Below, one piece after another: positions 22,644 through 34,183 of a DNA stretch of 64,000 nucleotides (position 1 is its first letter; each line of letters begins with the position of its first letter). The notes beneath the pieces are model-generated. The model worked only from the letters and a program-made list of their open reading frames with translations, made no database searches and was not told the origin of the DNA. The translations under genes and the position numbers were made by a program. The stretch comes from Mantamonas sphyraenae STR306. Lineage: Eukaryota > Protista > CRuMs. The stretch spans positions 124,001 to 188,000 of the forward strand of contig JAPMXV010000056.1 of NCBI GenBank assembly GCA_026936335.1, read 5' to 3'.

Positions 22644-24676
22644 ATGGGAAAGAGTAAGTGGAAGAGACGGGAAACGACGGAAAAACCATGGACACAGGTG
22701 TGGCCATGGCAGGAGGTGGTTTGCAAGATGTGAATGATCCTTTCGCGGAAAATGGGGCTTCTCATTTAATCGTTTTCTGCATGCGTCAGCAATTTGGCAG
22801 GTCCGCGACGCCTTGCGACGCAGCGGGAGGCGGTGGCGAGTGGGGCATGGAGGATTTTGGGAGACTCACACGTGGGGCGTGCGTGCGTGACGTGGCGACG
22901 TGTGTAGAGAGTGCAGTGAAGAAGGTGAAGAAGTCGAAGAAGGTGGTCGAGGAGGTGGATTCGTCCAGCAGCGACGAGGAGGAGTTCAAGGCCAAGCAGG
23001 TGACGGAGGAGAAGGTCAGCAAGAAGAAGGGCAAGAAGAGCGACAAGAAGAGCGACAAGAAGGCCAAGAGCAGCAAGGGTGGCAAGAGCGCGGACCAGAC
23101 TTCGGGCAAGAAGAAGAAGAAGAGCAAGAAGCAGCCCGAGCCCGAACCCGAAAGCGAGAGCGAGAGCGAAAGCGAGGAGGAGGAGGATGCCGACTCCAGC
23201 AGCAGCGACGAAGAGGAAGGCAACAAGAGCGACACCAGCAGTGGTACCAGCAGTGGTACCAGCGACGGTACCAGCGACGGTACCAGCAGTGGTACCAGCG
23301 ACGGTACCAGCGACGACGAGGAGGAGGAGACCAAGGGCTCTTCCGTCAAGGTCGAGGACGTCGACGAGGACAGCTCGGACGATGAAGACGATGAGGACGA
23401 TGAGGATGATGATGACAGCTCCTCTTCCTCTGAGGACGAGGCTGAGGCTGAGGCCGAGGCCGACAGCTCAGATTCCGACGAGGCTGAGGCCGAGGCCGAG
23501 GCTGACAGCTCAGATTCGGACGAAGACGACGATGAGGCCGAGAGCTCGGATTCGGATGAGGAGGAGGAGGATGGAGACGACGATGAGGCCGAGAGCTCGG
23601 ATTCGGATGACGAGGAGGAGGACGATGACGACGATGACGAGGACGAGGACGATGAGGAAGAGGAAGAGGAAGCCAAGCCCAAGAAGACGCTGAAGCGCTC
23701 GCTGGAGGACATTGCCTACGGGGAAGACGATGAGGAGGAGGAGGAGGAGACATCGCAGCAGGACAACAAGCGCTCGCGCACAGGCTACGACAACCAGCAG
23801 TCGTCGTCGTCTTCGGGTGGATACAACCGCGATGAGACGACTGTGTTTGTGGGCCGCCTGTCGTTTGATGCGTCGGAACAGGACGTGCGCGAGTTCTTTG
23901 CCGAGTGCGGCGAGATTGCCGATGTGCGCATGCCGGTGTTTGCCGACACGGGCAACCCCAAGGGTGTGGCCTTTATCGAGTTTACCAGCGTCGCTGCCGC
24001 CGAGAAGGCCATGGAGTATCAGGGCGCCGAGATGATGGGTCGCTACCTGAACCTGGACTTTGCCAACTCGGGTGGCAACAACAACCGCAACAACAACAAC
24101 AACCGCGGCGGCGGAGGTGGTGGCTACGGCGGCGGTGGCGGTGGCGGTGGATACGGCCAGCGTGAGCAGAACCCGCCTTCGTCGACCCTGTTTATGGGCA
24201 ACCTCAGCTGGAGCGTCGACGAGGATACCATCCGACAGACCTTTGCCGAGTGCGGTGACATCAAGGACGTGCGCCTGATCACCGACCGTGACACGGGTGA
24301 GTTCAAGGGCTATGGTTACCTGCAGTTCTTCAGCGAAGAGTCGGCCCAGTCCGCCATGGAGTGGAACGGTACCCCCGTGGCCGGTCGTCCTGTCCGCCTC
24401 GACTTTGCCAAGAGCGGCGGAGGCGGCGGCGGCGGTGGACGTGGCGGAGGCCGTGGCGGTGGCCGTGGCGGTGGCCGTGGTGGCTTTGGAGGCGGACGCG
24501 GCGGCGGACGCGGCGGCGGCTTTGGTGGCCGTGGCGGAGGCCGTGGCGGAGGCCGTGGTGGACGCGGTGGACGTGGTGGACGTGGTGGCGGACGCGGTGG
24601 TGGACGCGGTGGTGCTCCGGCACAGGCCAAGGGCGCCATCCAGGAGTTCCAGGGCTCCCGCGTCACCTTTGACTAA
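22644..24676 (+). CDS. Nucleolin/Nsr1/Gar2-like protein (10-nt first exon 22644-22653, intron to 22907)
   Basis: Lys-rich and acidic/Ser N-terminus, two RRMs (KGVAFIEF, KGYGYLQF), RGG/GAR tail, terminal FQGSRVTFD. Confidence 0.92.
23234..23314 (+). repeat. Coding 12-nt tandem repeat (GGTACCAGCAGT/GAC, ~7 units; GTSS/GTSD)
   Basis: Directly visible tandem array. Confidence 0.9.
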
Positions 24677-24782
24677 GAGGGTGTCGGTTGTGAAAACACA
24701 CAACTGCAACACAGCACATCTCATCACCAGCAACAGCAACAGCAACAACAGACACACAACAAGAGGCAGTCATGGGACATGT

Positions 24783-24784
<2 letters not shown>

Positions 24785-24823
<39 letters not shown>
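24785..24823. repeat. (CA)n microsatellite between convergent genes
   Basis: About 19 CA units. Confidence 0.95.
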
Positions 24824-24829
<6 letters not shown>

Positions 24830-25012
24830 TTGCGCAGAGGGAGCGAGAGCGGAGCCAGCAACACTTTCATCCATGCTGATCAAGGCCAGCCTCCCCCTCT
24901 CGCGCGCGTCGACGTGGTCGTGTGCAACTGCAATCAAGGGTGTCATCCGCCCAGCAGTTTGTGCACAAAGAAAACACAGGAAGCCAACAGCAACAAACAA
25001 TTTTGGATTCCC

Positions 25013-26230
25013 TCACTGACGATTCGTCCCTTCCAGCTCTTCCACACGATCCTCCAGCTCCTCCGCACGCTTGCTCTGGATGTCATACATGCCCATGTCC
25101 ACCAGCGCTGCCGTCACATCCACAAGTTCAGCAAAGTCTGCTGCCCGCTTGGCCTCACTGTCTGCGGTTGTGTCCATTGCGTCGTCGCCCGCCGCCTTTG
25201 CCTCTGCCGCCGCTTTGGCTTCCAGCTGCTTCTGTCGCCGCCTGTTCTTGCGCTTGTTTGTCTTTTGCGGCCTCAGCTTGTTCATGGTGCTGCCCACGGT
25301 GCTGCCCATGCGCACAAGGCGTAGCAGACGCTTCAGCAGTGCCGCCTCTCGTACCTCTGCACTCTCTGCCCCCTCTGCCTCCTCCTTTTCTTTGCGTTGT
25401 GCCTCTCGCTGTGCCTGCAATGCCTGCAGCCTTTCCTGCTCCGCACTGCTCACCCGAACCGACGACAACCACGCGTCTTCGGGTTGGTTGGCCTCCTGCA
25501 CCTTGCTCAGGTCGTGGTATGCTCCTGTGGCGTCAAACATGCCCGTTTGTCGCTCTTCCACCAGATTAAAGGCCATGAATGCCTGGCCCTCGTCGTCCAC
25601 GTAGCTACCTCCCGTTTCCTCGCCGTCCACCTTGGTGATCTTGCCCCCCTTCAACATGATGCTCCCATCTGCGCTCCTGCCACCTGCAAACGTCGACTGC
25701 ACCTCCCGGTTGCTTCGCGTGTGTTCATCCAGCTTGGGTCCCGACCGGTGGCTTTCCATCTCGCCGTCCTCAACGTCTTCGGCCTCGGCCACGATCCGGC
25801 GCGCCAATTTCTCCTCGGCCTTTCGGCCCCCGCCTCCCTTGACAAGCCTGTATGCGTACTGATCCAGCCCCTCCCCGTCACGCACTTGCCGCCGTCTGTC
25901 CCTCATTGCGCCATCATTGGCCCCCTCATCCTCCTCATCCTCGTCTGAATCAAAGTCGCCTTCGAACGACGCCTGCTTCAGCGCGTTCTTCACCTTGCGG
26001 CTGCCAATGCGTCCATCCCCATCGCCTTCGTCGTCGCTCAGATCCTCCTCCCACTCCAGATTGCGGGTCATGTCCTCCTCTGCGCTGCTCGACGACGACG
26101 ACGACGATGCGACACCGGGACGCCCATCTTCCGTCTCCTCCTCCATGCGTGCTCGCTTCGGTGCAGGCGGAGCACGGAACCCATCTTCACCCACATCGTC
26201 GTCACTTGGAGCCACTCTCTTTCGCGACAT
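25013..26230 (-). CDS. CD2BP2: CD2BP2/Lin1 (U5 snRNP 52K)-like protein, no visible GYF domain
   Basis: FMAFNLVEERQTGMFDATGAY, DAWL and GSTVGSTMNKL motifs. Confidence 0.72.
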   Translation of the reverse strand: MSRKRVAPSDDDVGEDGFRAPPAPKRARMEEETEDGRPGVASSSSSSSSAEEDMTRNLEWEEDLSDDEGDGDGRIGSRKVKNALKQASFEGDFDSDEDEEDEGANDGAMRDRRRQVRDGEGLDQYAYRLVKGGGGRKAEEKLARRIVAEAEDVEDGEMESHRSGPKLDEHTRSNREVQSTFAGGRSADGSIMLKGGKITKVDGEETGGSYVDDEGQAFMAFNLVEERQTGMFDATGAYHDLSKVQEANQPEDAWLSSVRVSSAEQERLQALQAQREAQRKEKEEAEGAESAEVREAALLKRLLRLVRMGSTVGSTMNKLRPQKTNKRKNRRRQKQLEAKAAAEAKAAGDDAMDTTADSEAKRAADFAELVDVTAALVDMGMYDIQSKRAEELEDRVEELEGTNRQ

Positions 26231-26318
26231 GTGCTGTGTTTTGAAATGGTCTCCCATGCGCGGCGCGAGCAGAGAATCGGCCACGGTTGCAATCGATGAT
26301 CAGCTTCATTCATTGCCC

Positions 26319-29300
26319 TCATTCCACAGACATCCGCAAGGCATCCCTCATCATCTTCAATTCTTCCAGCTTCTGCTCTCGCAAACGCTGGGTAATCATT
26401 TCCATCAACTCCTCGGGCGTCGTGCCCATCACACTGGTCAGCTCCTCCATGTTGGGACCGGCTCCCTGCTGTTGCTGCTCGTGCATCGCCACGATCATCT
26501 CGGTCGTCGCAGAGCCACTGTTGAACAAGCCCAACAGCAGCTCGCTTGCCATCGATGTGACCTCGGAATCGTCAAAGTCCTGTTGCGTCAACTTGGACAC
26601 GTGAGCAGTCAGCTGTTCGTCTGTGGCTGCCATCAGGCCCTCTGCACTCGACACATCCACCTCCACCGTGTCTGACACTGTGTTTTCGTTCGAGTTCAGA
26701 CTGGCCATCATGGCGTTCATCAGATCTTGATCCTGCGCTTGCGTGTTGCTTCCTGCAGACGCCTCCTCAAGCAGCAATTCCTCCACCACCGTTACCTTGC
26801 TGGCAAACTCATTTGCCTTTGCCTGGTCTTCCCGGCTCTCGTAGCCCGCTTCCAGGATTTTGTACACCGTCTTCAGCATCTGCAGCTTGCTGCGATCCTC
26901 GCGAAGCTCCGACGCTTCTCCCAGCCATTTCTCCACCTCCAGCAGCTCCTCGATGCTCTCTGACGCCCCTTTGGGGTTCATTCCGTACGCATAGCGTGAT
27001 TGCGCCGCCTTGATCATGAATGTGGCCCAGCCCTCGTCTGATGCCCTGCGACGCATCTCGGTCGCGCCCAGCAGAAATATGCGCACCGCCTGGTCCCAGC
27101 ATCCTGCGTTGAATGCGCACGACCCACATCGCATCATAGCCTCTCCGTTCACTGCTTCCACCTGAGACTCCAGCAGTTTCACCGTCTCCTCGGCCAGAGC
27201 CACTCTCTCGGGGCGAGCGGCTTCGCCTCCATTTGCCTCCAGGGACGCCATGGCCAGTTGTGCGACCTTGACCGAAAACAACGTAAACGGACGCTCGCTT
27301 TTGATTTGCACAACGTCCATGAGAGAGCTCAGGCCTGCCCGCACGCTGTCGTCCAGCGTTGGGAAGAAGTCGACGTTGGAGCCGACGTCGTAGGCAAACA
27401 TGGACACGGCAGTCATCAAATCCTCGCTCACAGTCGCGTCCACGGACGTGAGCAGGTTCCACCACACCAGAGCCGATTTTCGCATCAGGGCTTGGTCCGA
27501 TTGCGCGCTGGCGACCGAGAAAACCGCTCGGCACAGTTCACACTTGATGGCCTCGTTTTCTGTGGAACAGACGGCATCCACATGCTCTGCAACCCAGTCA
27601 AGTGCCTCTTGCGCCTTGCCACCGTCGGCCATGTGGTACGACACGTTGACCAGGTTGTTGGCAAACGATTGCCACTCTTCGTTCACGAGCATCAGGCGCA
27701 TGGCTTCTTTGCGCAGGTCCATCCCATACCCACGGTCTCGGTCGTAAATGGCGTAATGCAGCGACATCAGCACGAACTGCCGGTTCTTGTTGTCCATGTC
27801 CACATACCGCGTGAGGTACGCCTCGCCAAAATCCATCGCCTCATCCACCCGGTCCTGCGCCTTCAGAAAAGTAACATAGTTGGCTGCAAGCAGAGAGGCC
27901 GTCATTTGAGATGCATCCACGTCATCAAGTAACGGCAGTGCTTTCTCGAACAGCTGTTGTTGAACGTCGACAGAAAGGCGAAGGTCCGACAGCACACGCA
28001 GGGTGTTCAGGCACATGCCTGTGGGCATCTGGTCCACCACCTCGAGCAGTTCGTGGGAAAGGGCGGTCTTTTCCTCCTTGTGGGACAGGAAGTGCGCGCA
28101 CAGGGCTCGGTTGAGCTTGTTTGTGAAGCCGCGCGAGACAAGACCACGTTCCTCCAGTTCCGCCTCGTCTTTCAGCAGGACGTCCACGGCACGCTCGTTG
28201 TCCGAACATTCGAAGCAAATGTGAACCAGTTGCATGTCCAGCTCATGCTTCCAGTGAAAGAGATCGAAGCCCACGCGTTGCATCTCCTCAAACAGCTGAT
28301 CCACAGCCCCCATCTTCCGCTTGGCGCCCCATGACTTGAGCGTCACCACTTCCAGGTAGCTCCCAAACCAAGGACCCCACATGCCCCGTTTGGCAAAAAT
28401 CCCAGCCCACATCATGGAGAAGTGCTTCTGTTGGGCGTTGGTTCCTGCCAACCTACTTGAAAACTTGACCGTGGCTGCGTCCAGCGCATTCGCCTCATGC
28501 AAACTGGCAGCATACGCCACATAGTGGTCATCCAACGCCTGCAACAACACGGTGTAGAGAAAGTCGGCCGCCGTGGTTGCCTGGCACGCCACCACGGCCG
28601 CAGGAACGGGTTCCCACTCCTCTAGGTTGCCCAACATGGCACACAGGGCATGCATGTCCTCCAGTGCCGTCGAAGGGTCTGCCAGCTCCAGCAAGAAGCG
28701 GAAGTGTGCGGTGCGGAAAGCAACCGCGTGGCCAAAGAACCGAGTGTACGGTGCGTCCTGATCAGGCAACTGCTGCACCCACGTGTCCATCCGTCCAATC
28801 TCCTCCGCTGCACGTCGTTCTCCGTGCAAATACACGAGCACGAGTACGAGCCACAATCGAGCGCAGCCGCCAAGAACAAGCAAACGCGTTTGCGCAGTTT
28901 CGTCGCCGTCGCCGACTTGGTGTACGACGGCCGCATCTGCCAACTCGGTCACAGTGCAGAGAAGCGTCTCTGCTGTGGCGTATTCGTCGTACGAACGAGC
29001 CAGGACAAAGTACAGGCGGGCCGACAGCACCAGCGTGGAAAGCAGCAGGTGCTGGGCGGTTTGGAAGGCGGCCTCCTTGAGGATGGAGCCACGGGACGCC
29101 AAGAGCTTCTCCCGCAACGACTCGTGGTGGCCCACCACGGGCTGCAACACACTGCGTGCCTCGTAGAGCAGACTGGAGTCGACAAGCTGCTTGCCCAGCT
29201 TGGAGACCAGGGAGATGAACAACACCACCTTGTTTTCGGGCAGCGAGCCAACGTCGACGTCGCCCAGAATGGATTGCAGCGATGTCATCACCTTTCTCAC

Positions 29301-29546
29301 GTCTGCAGGCCACAGTAGCTGCGGGACATGTTCGTACGGCTCAGCAATGTTGACGTATGGAAGCGACGCAGGGGTGTTGCTTTCGCCTTTGCCTTTGCCT
29401 TGTTGTTCCCCCTCAGCGTCGTCGTCGCCGTGACCAACGTGGTGCAAAGACGGCTCCACTTCGCCCATGTCTGCGTCGCCGTACGCAGGGCCAATCTTGT
29501 CAAAGTCAAAGGTGACTTGAGTCACCACAGATTCTTGCTGGCCCAT
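26319..29546 (-). CDS. Large (~1075 aa) intronless alpha-solenoid/TPR-like protein of unknown function
   Basis: Long ORF with coding bias, amphipathic helical repeats, MGQQES N-myristoylation-like start. Confidence 0.75.
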   Translation of the reverse strand: MGQQESVVTQVTFDFDKIGPAYGDADMGEVEPSLHHVGHGDDDAEGEQQGKGKGESNTPASLPYVNIAEPYEHVPQLLWPADVRKVMTSLQSILGDVDVGSLPENKVVLFISLVSKLGKQLVDSSLLYEARSVLQPVVGHHESLREKLLASRGSILKEAAFQTAQHLLLSTLVLSARLYFVLARSYDEYATAETLLCTVTELADAAVVHQVGDGDETAQTRLLVLGGCARLWLVLVLVYLHGERRAAEEIGRMDTWVQQLPDQDAPYTRFFGHAVAFRTAHFRFLLELADPSTALEDMHALCAMLGNLEEWEPVPAAVVACQATTAADFLYTVLLQALDDHYVAYAASLHEANALDAATVKFSSRLAGTNAQQKHFSMMWAGIFAKRGMWGPWFGSYLEVVTLKSWGAKRKMGAVDQLFEEMQRVGFDLFHWKHELDMQLVHICFECSDNERAVDVLLKDEAELEERGLVSRGFTNKLNRALCAHFLSHKEEKTALSHELLEVVDQMPTGMCLNTLRVLSDLRLSVDVQQQLFEKALPLLDDVDASQMTASLLAANYVTFLKAQDRVDEAMDFGEAYLTRYVDMDNKNRQFVLMSLHYAIYDRDRGYGMDLRKEAMRLMLVNEEWQSFANNLVNVSYHMADGGKAQEALDWVAEHVDAVCSTENEAIKCELCRAVFSVASAQSDQALMRKSALVWWNLLTSVDATVSEDLMTAVSMFAYDVGSNVDFFPTLDDSVRAGLSSLMDVVQIKSERPFTLFSVKVAQLAMASLEANGGEAARPERVALAEETVKLLESQVEAVNGEAMMRCGSCAFNAGCWDQAVRIFLLGATEMRRRASDEGWATFMIKAAQSRYAYGMNPKGASESIEELLEVEKWLGEASELREDRSKLQMLKTVYKILEAGYESREDQAKANEFASKVTVVEELLLEEASAGSNTQAQDQDLMNAMMASLNSNENTVSDTVEVDVSSAEGLMAATDEQLTAHVSKLTQQDFDDSEVTSMASELLLGLFNSGSATTEMIVAMHEQQQQGAGPNMEELTSVMGTTPEELMEMITQRLREQKLEELKMMRDALRMSVE

Positions 29547-29615
29547 GCTTCTTGTTCTTGCTTGGCAAACGCGGCGCAGACGGATGCACAGAATTTTCTT
29601 CAAGGATCCATGGCC

Positions 29616-31925
29616 ATGAACAACAACAAGCAGACGTTGGTGACCATTGTCGTGGTTGCTTTGTGTATCCACGGTGTGTTTGGTGCGTTGGCCCGCAAGC
29701 AGCTGGCTGGCCCGCCCAGCGAGTTTGAGCAACATCGCGTGCCCAGCCCTGCGCTGGGTGCCATGACCAGCCTCAGTGCAGAGCAGCCGTTCTATGTGGA
29801 CGTGGTGCGTGCAGACGAGAGCGCCCAGGAGGTGATGGGTGCCAAGGAGTTTGTGGCTGGCTTCGAGCAGAAGCTGGTGTGCGATTCGACCGACCAGTTC
29901 CTGTTCGCCGTGTTTTCTCCCCACGAGGAGTCGCTGGTGCTCAAGCTGGTGGATCCCAACGGAGCCGAGGTGAACCTGGGCGCCATTGCGCAGGCGGTAC
30001 GTTGCGTGTGAGGGTGTGTGCAGAGAAGGAGGGCGCAGAGTTGGCTGACGCAGGCGTAAAAAAACGGCATGGTGGCTGAAAACACGCAAAATGTGGGCGC
30101 AGACGGAGTTTCCGCTGAGCGACAGCAACGGAGCGGCGGTGAAGGGCACTGCGTATGTTCTGGAGAAGCCTGTGCTGGGCGAGTATGTGCTGACGGCCCA
30201 CTGGGGTGGGGAGGACCACCGCATGAACCTGGCGGAGGTGATGGCGCTTCGTGAGACGCTGCGCAAGACGGGCGGGAGCGAGACGGCGCCGCACGGCGTT
30301 GTGTTTGTGCGCAACGAGGCTCAGGAGACGCTGCACACACAGATGCAGTCGTACCGCCTTGTGAAGGGCCAGACAATTGGAGTCAAGACACGTGCGTTTG
30401 ATAGCGCAACGTTTGACGACAGCGTGCGCGTGGCAGCGGTGCCGGAAGCGTTGAAGGACGCAGTGACGGCAGCTGAGATGGACGTGCTGATGCCGGACGG
30501 CCACGAGGTGGACGTGCCCATGCACGACGACGGCCTGCACGGAGACGAGCTGTCGAACGACGGCGTGTTTGGAGCACAGATTGAAGCCAGCGAGGTTGGC
30601 GACTATGTTCTGACGACGGTGGTGAAGTACGTGTGTGGACACCGAACGCCTTTGCCTTTGCCTTTGCCTTTTTGACAAGCACCATGCTGACACACGAGGA
30701 TGGACACAGGGGAACGAACAACGCGGGAGCAGCGTTCAAGCGCACGACGCAACAGCTGGTGCGCGTGGTTGCAGACACTCTGTCGCTGACGGGCGAGAGC
30801 TGGGCAGCGATGAAGGAGGGCAGCAACCGTGTGATGGTGTACCTGGGAGTGCAGGAAAAGGTGCCTGCAGGCAAGGCAGTGACGTACCGTGCGTACGCAG
30901 AGGTGTACGGCCAAAGCACGACAGACAGCTCGAGCGAGGTGGCGGCGTGCTGGGTGAGTGCACTGGTGGATGTGGAGCGTGTGCAGGGCAAGGCAGCGCT
31001 GGGTTTGGAGGTGGATGTGGCGTGGCTGGAACGTGCCAAGGTCAAGGCGCCGCTGCGCGTTAAGAACGTGTATGTGACGGAGGTTGAGGCACACGTGCCG
31101 CTGAGCGAGGAGAGCGAGATGAGCGTGTCGATGGAGCTGGCTGAGGAGCTGAAGCTTGCCGAGGCGCTTGTGTCTGTGGAGTTTGACGGAGTGCGTCCGA
31201 TCACGCGTGAGATGCGCGAAGGTGTGCGCCCCGCGCGCAACGTGAGCCTTGTGGCTGCGGGCAAGAAGGGACTTGTGCTGTCGCATGGCTACTGCAGCGC
31301 CGAAAACCCGTGGGAGGCACAGAAGGAGCTGTGGACGGACGCAGCGTTCTTCCTGAACCCCAGCGCATCGGAGACAAACGATCGGTTTGCGCAGTTGCTG
31401 GGCGAGTTTGGAGACAGCAAGTTTGAGTCGTACGGTGTGATTGGTCACTCTCAGGGTGGTCTTGCAGCACTGCACCTGCACAACTACTACTTTAGCGGTC
31501 TGGAAGAGTCGAGCAACGGCCGCCAGCTGCAGAGCTTGGGGTCGCCTTACTATGGCTGCTCGGGCGCCGGTTCGGCTGCCAACCTCATCAAGGTGTTTGG
31601 TGTGGGCTGCGGTGCCAACACCGACCTGACGACGGACGGCGCAGCGCTGTGGAACGCAGGGATCACTGGCGAGAGCCGCAAGGACGTGTACTTTTACACG
31701 ACGCAGTACAAGACGGGCGGTCTGGTGAACTACTGCAACCTGGCTACCAACTTGGTGCTCAAGTGGCCCAACGACGGCACCACGGAGCTGAAGTTTAGCC
31801 AGCTGGCCGATGGCCACAACATGGGCCACACCAAGGGCCAGTGCCACACTCAGAAGATGAAGTGGGCGCCCCAGTACTGGGACAAGTCGAGGAACGCCGT
31901 GCTGAACAGCGAGGCTGCCCGCTAA
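29616..31925 (+). CDS. CmfA (conditioned medium factor)-like secreted protein with C-terminal alpha/beta hydrolase, copy 1 (introns ~29997-30102, ~30627-30709)
   Basis: Signal peptide, MHDDGLHGDELSNDGVF motif, HGYCS..NPW, GHSQGG, NDG, CH. Layout recalled from Dictyostelium CmfA and bacterial homologs. Confidence 0.78.
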
Positions 31926-32111
31926 GCTGTGTGGTGTTCCTGAGAGAGTTGTGATTGGAAAGCAAAAACCAAAAAGAAAAGATCGTTTCCTCTCCTCCAC
32001 GATCCATCTCCAACACCATCCTGCATCCCGAACCACAGGCGCCTGTATGCAAAGCTGTCATGGTTGCAGTCCAGTGCGCCGGATGCACGGTGAGGACCAG
32101 GAGAAAGCAGA

Positions 32112-33387
32112 ATGGCAACGACATCGTTCCAGCGCATCGGACAGGTGCAACGTGGAGCTGTGAGCCTGCCACGGGAACTGCAAAAGGCCATGGAGCGTGT
32201 TGTGAGGGATGAGAGCACACGCAGACTGGCACAGGTGGCTGACCAGTTGTCGGCTCGGTTCCGAGTGCGGACGAACCGCAAGCTGTACACGACGCAGGGA
32301 GAGGCGGAGGACAACATGGAAGCGGCCACAGGAAGCATTCCACACACTTCACGGGCGGGCAAAGTCAAGTTGCCGCTGGTTGAACGAGCACAGTTGAACG
32401 CGCTGCCGGAGTTGGAGTACGGCAGGCAGGAATGCAAAGCGTACGTGGCGTACCGCATGCCAGCCACATACGCGTCGCTGTACCGGGTGCTGTCCGAGTT
32501 GCAGTCCCGATTCCCCGAGTGGTCTCCGCAACGAGTGCTTGACTTTGGTGCAGGTCCGGCGACGGGCCTGTGGGCTCTGGACGCGCTTTGGCCCCTACAC
32601 GCGGCGACAAACACGCTGGAGGCCTACGTGGCCGTGGAGCAGGCGGAGGAGATGCAACGCATGGGTAGGGAGTTGGTACGCAAGACAAGGTCGCGTGCAC
32701 AGTTTGCCAAGGTGATGCAGTACGCCGAGGAGCTGCCGCGAGGACGTTCGCACAACCTCGTGATTGGGTCGCATGTGCTGGCAGAGGCTCGGAGCAAGGA
32801 ACAACGCAAACGGATGGTTCGCAACATGTGGTCACGTACCGACGGCTTTCTGGTGTTGATCGAGCCAGGGTCGCCGGTGGGGTACGACAACATCATGGAG
32901 GCGCGCACGGCACTGCTCAAGGGCAACGCGCGCGTTGCACGGCAGGAGGGAGACGATGAGGCGAGTGCGTTGCACATGGCCACCATGGTTGCACCGTGTG
33001 CACACGCCCTGCGTTGTCCCATGCCTGCCAACTCGTGGTGCCACTTTTCGCAACGGCTGCAACTGAATTCTGTACGCCAGCGCATGAAACGCGCCGCCGC
33101 CGGGTGATACAACCATCAATTACGAGGATGAAAAGTTTGCATACCTGGTGATGCACCGTGGGGCGCTGCCGGAGCCGGACGTGCGCGCGGTGCTTCCGGG
33201 AGGCCGTGCAGATCGCATGGTGCGTAGGCCGCTTAAGCGAGGCAAACACGTGCTGGTGGATGTGTGTGCGAGCGATGGGGCACTGAAGCGACACACTGTG
33301 TCCAAGAGGGGCAGCGATGCAGACGTGTACAAGTACGTTCGGAAAGCAAAGTGGGGCGACTTGTTTTTCTTTGAGCAAGACATGTGA
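32112..33387 (+). CDS. METTL17: METTL17/Rsm22 mitoribosome small-subunit methyltransferase-like protein (frameshift at ~33100)
   Basis: VLDFGAGPATG, LVLIEPGSPVG, VAPCAH..CP..WCHFSQR, and after a +1 shift EDEKFAYL...HVLVDVC...YKYVRKAKWGD. Confidence 0.88.
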
Positions 33388-33463
33388 GGCAATGAATGTG
33401 AGGTCATGGACGAGAGCAGAATGGAGAGAGGAGGGCACACAAAAGCACCACAGAGCCGACTGC

Positions 33464-34105
33464 TCACTTTTGATTCCTGGCGAGGATGCGTTCGTCCCAA
33501 AGGCGGTCGATCTGAGTTTGCAGGTCGTCGAGGGTGCCGCTGTGATCGATGCGTGCATGGGCGTGCTTGAGACGCTCTTCGTTGGACCATTGTGAGGCAA
33601 TGCGCGCCTCTGCCTGGTCTGCCGTGAGATCGTTGCGGCGCATAAGGCGTTGCTTGGCAATGTCTCGTTCCACGGTGCTGACCCACACCTCGTCGAGGAG
33701 CGGTTCTTGGTGCCAGCCAGCCTCCATCATGACCGCAGCCTCAATGATGACGGCGGGGGTGTCAGGCACCTCGGCAACAATATCCTGGACGGTGTCGTGG
33801 ACGTTGCCCCAGATGAGCGGCCAGACAATGTTTGTGAGCCGGGTCATGTTTTGGGGAGACTGGAACACAAGCGCGCCCAGACGGTTGCGATCAATCTCGC
33901 CCGTGTCTTCATGTACAAGGGGCACGCCTGCGAATTCTGTAATAATGTCGTGGTAGCCCGGGGTGCCCATGGCGTACACAGAGTGGCCGAGGCAGTCGCA
34001 GTCGATGGCTTGCGCGCCCTTGGCCTGTAACATCTTGCGGGCGGTGGACTTGCCGCTGGCAATGCCACCCGTGAGACCGACAATGAGAGGAGATGAGACG
34101 CTCAT
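33464..34105 (-). CDS. Dephospho-CoA kinase
   Basis: IVGLTGGIASGKS P-loop, IDCD.LGH, IDRNRLGALVF, ARIASQ. Confidence 0.93.
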   Translation of the reverse strand: MSVSSPLIVGLTGGIASGKSTARKMLQAKGAQAIDCDCLGHSVYAMGTPGYHDIITEFAGVPLVHEDTGEIDRNRLGALVFQSPQNMTRLTNIVWPLIWGNVHDTVQDIVAEVPDTPAVIIEAAVMMEAGWHQEPLLDEVWVSTVERDIAKQRLMRRNDLTADQAEARIASQWSNEERLKHAHARIDHSGTLDDLQTQIDRLWDERILARNQK

Positions 34106-34183
34106 GGTCAGGGGGGACCTGATGCGGAAGGATTGGCAGGGTGGGCGCGGGCAGAACCAGAGCACCTGACCTCGAAGAGAAAA

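Noticed and set aside
23234-23620. Repeat arrays resembling CRISPR or minisatellite elements
   Set aside because: These are in-frame repeats encoding the acidic domain of nucleolin, with no unique spacers or cas genes.
29547-30314. Upstream extension of the 1331-aa ORF overlapping CmfA-like copy 1
   Set aside because: It is antisense to a real gene and has no convincing ATG. The start at 29546 is more plausible.
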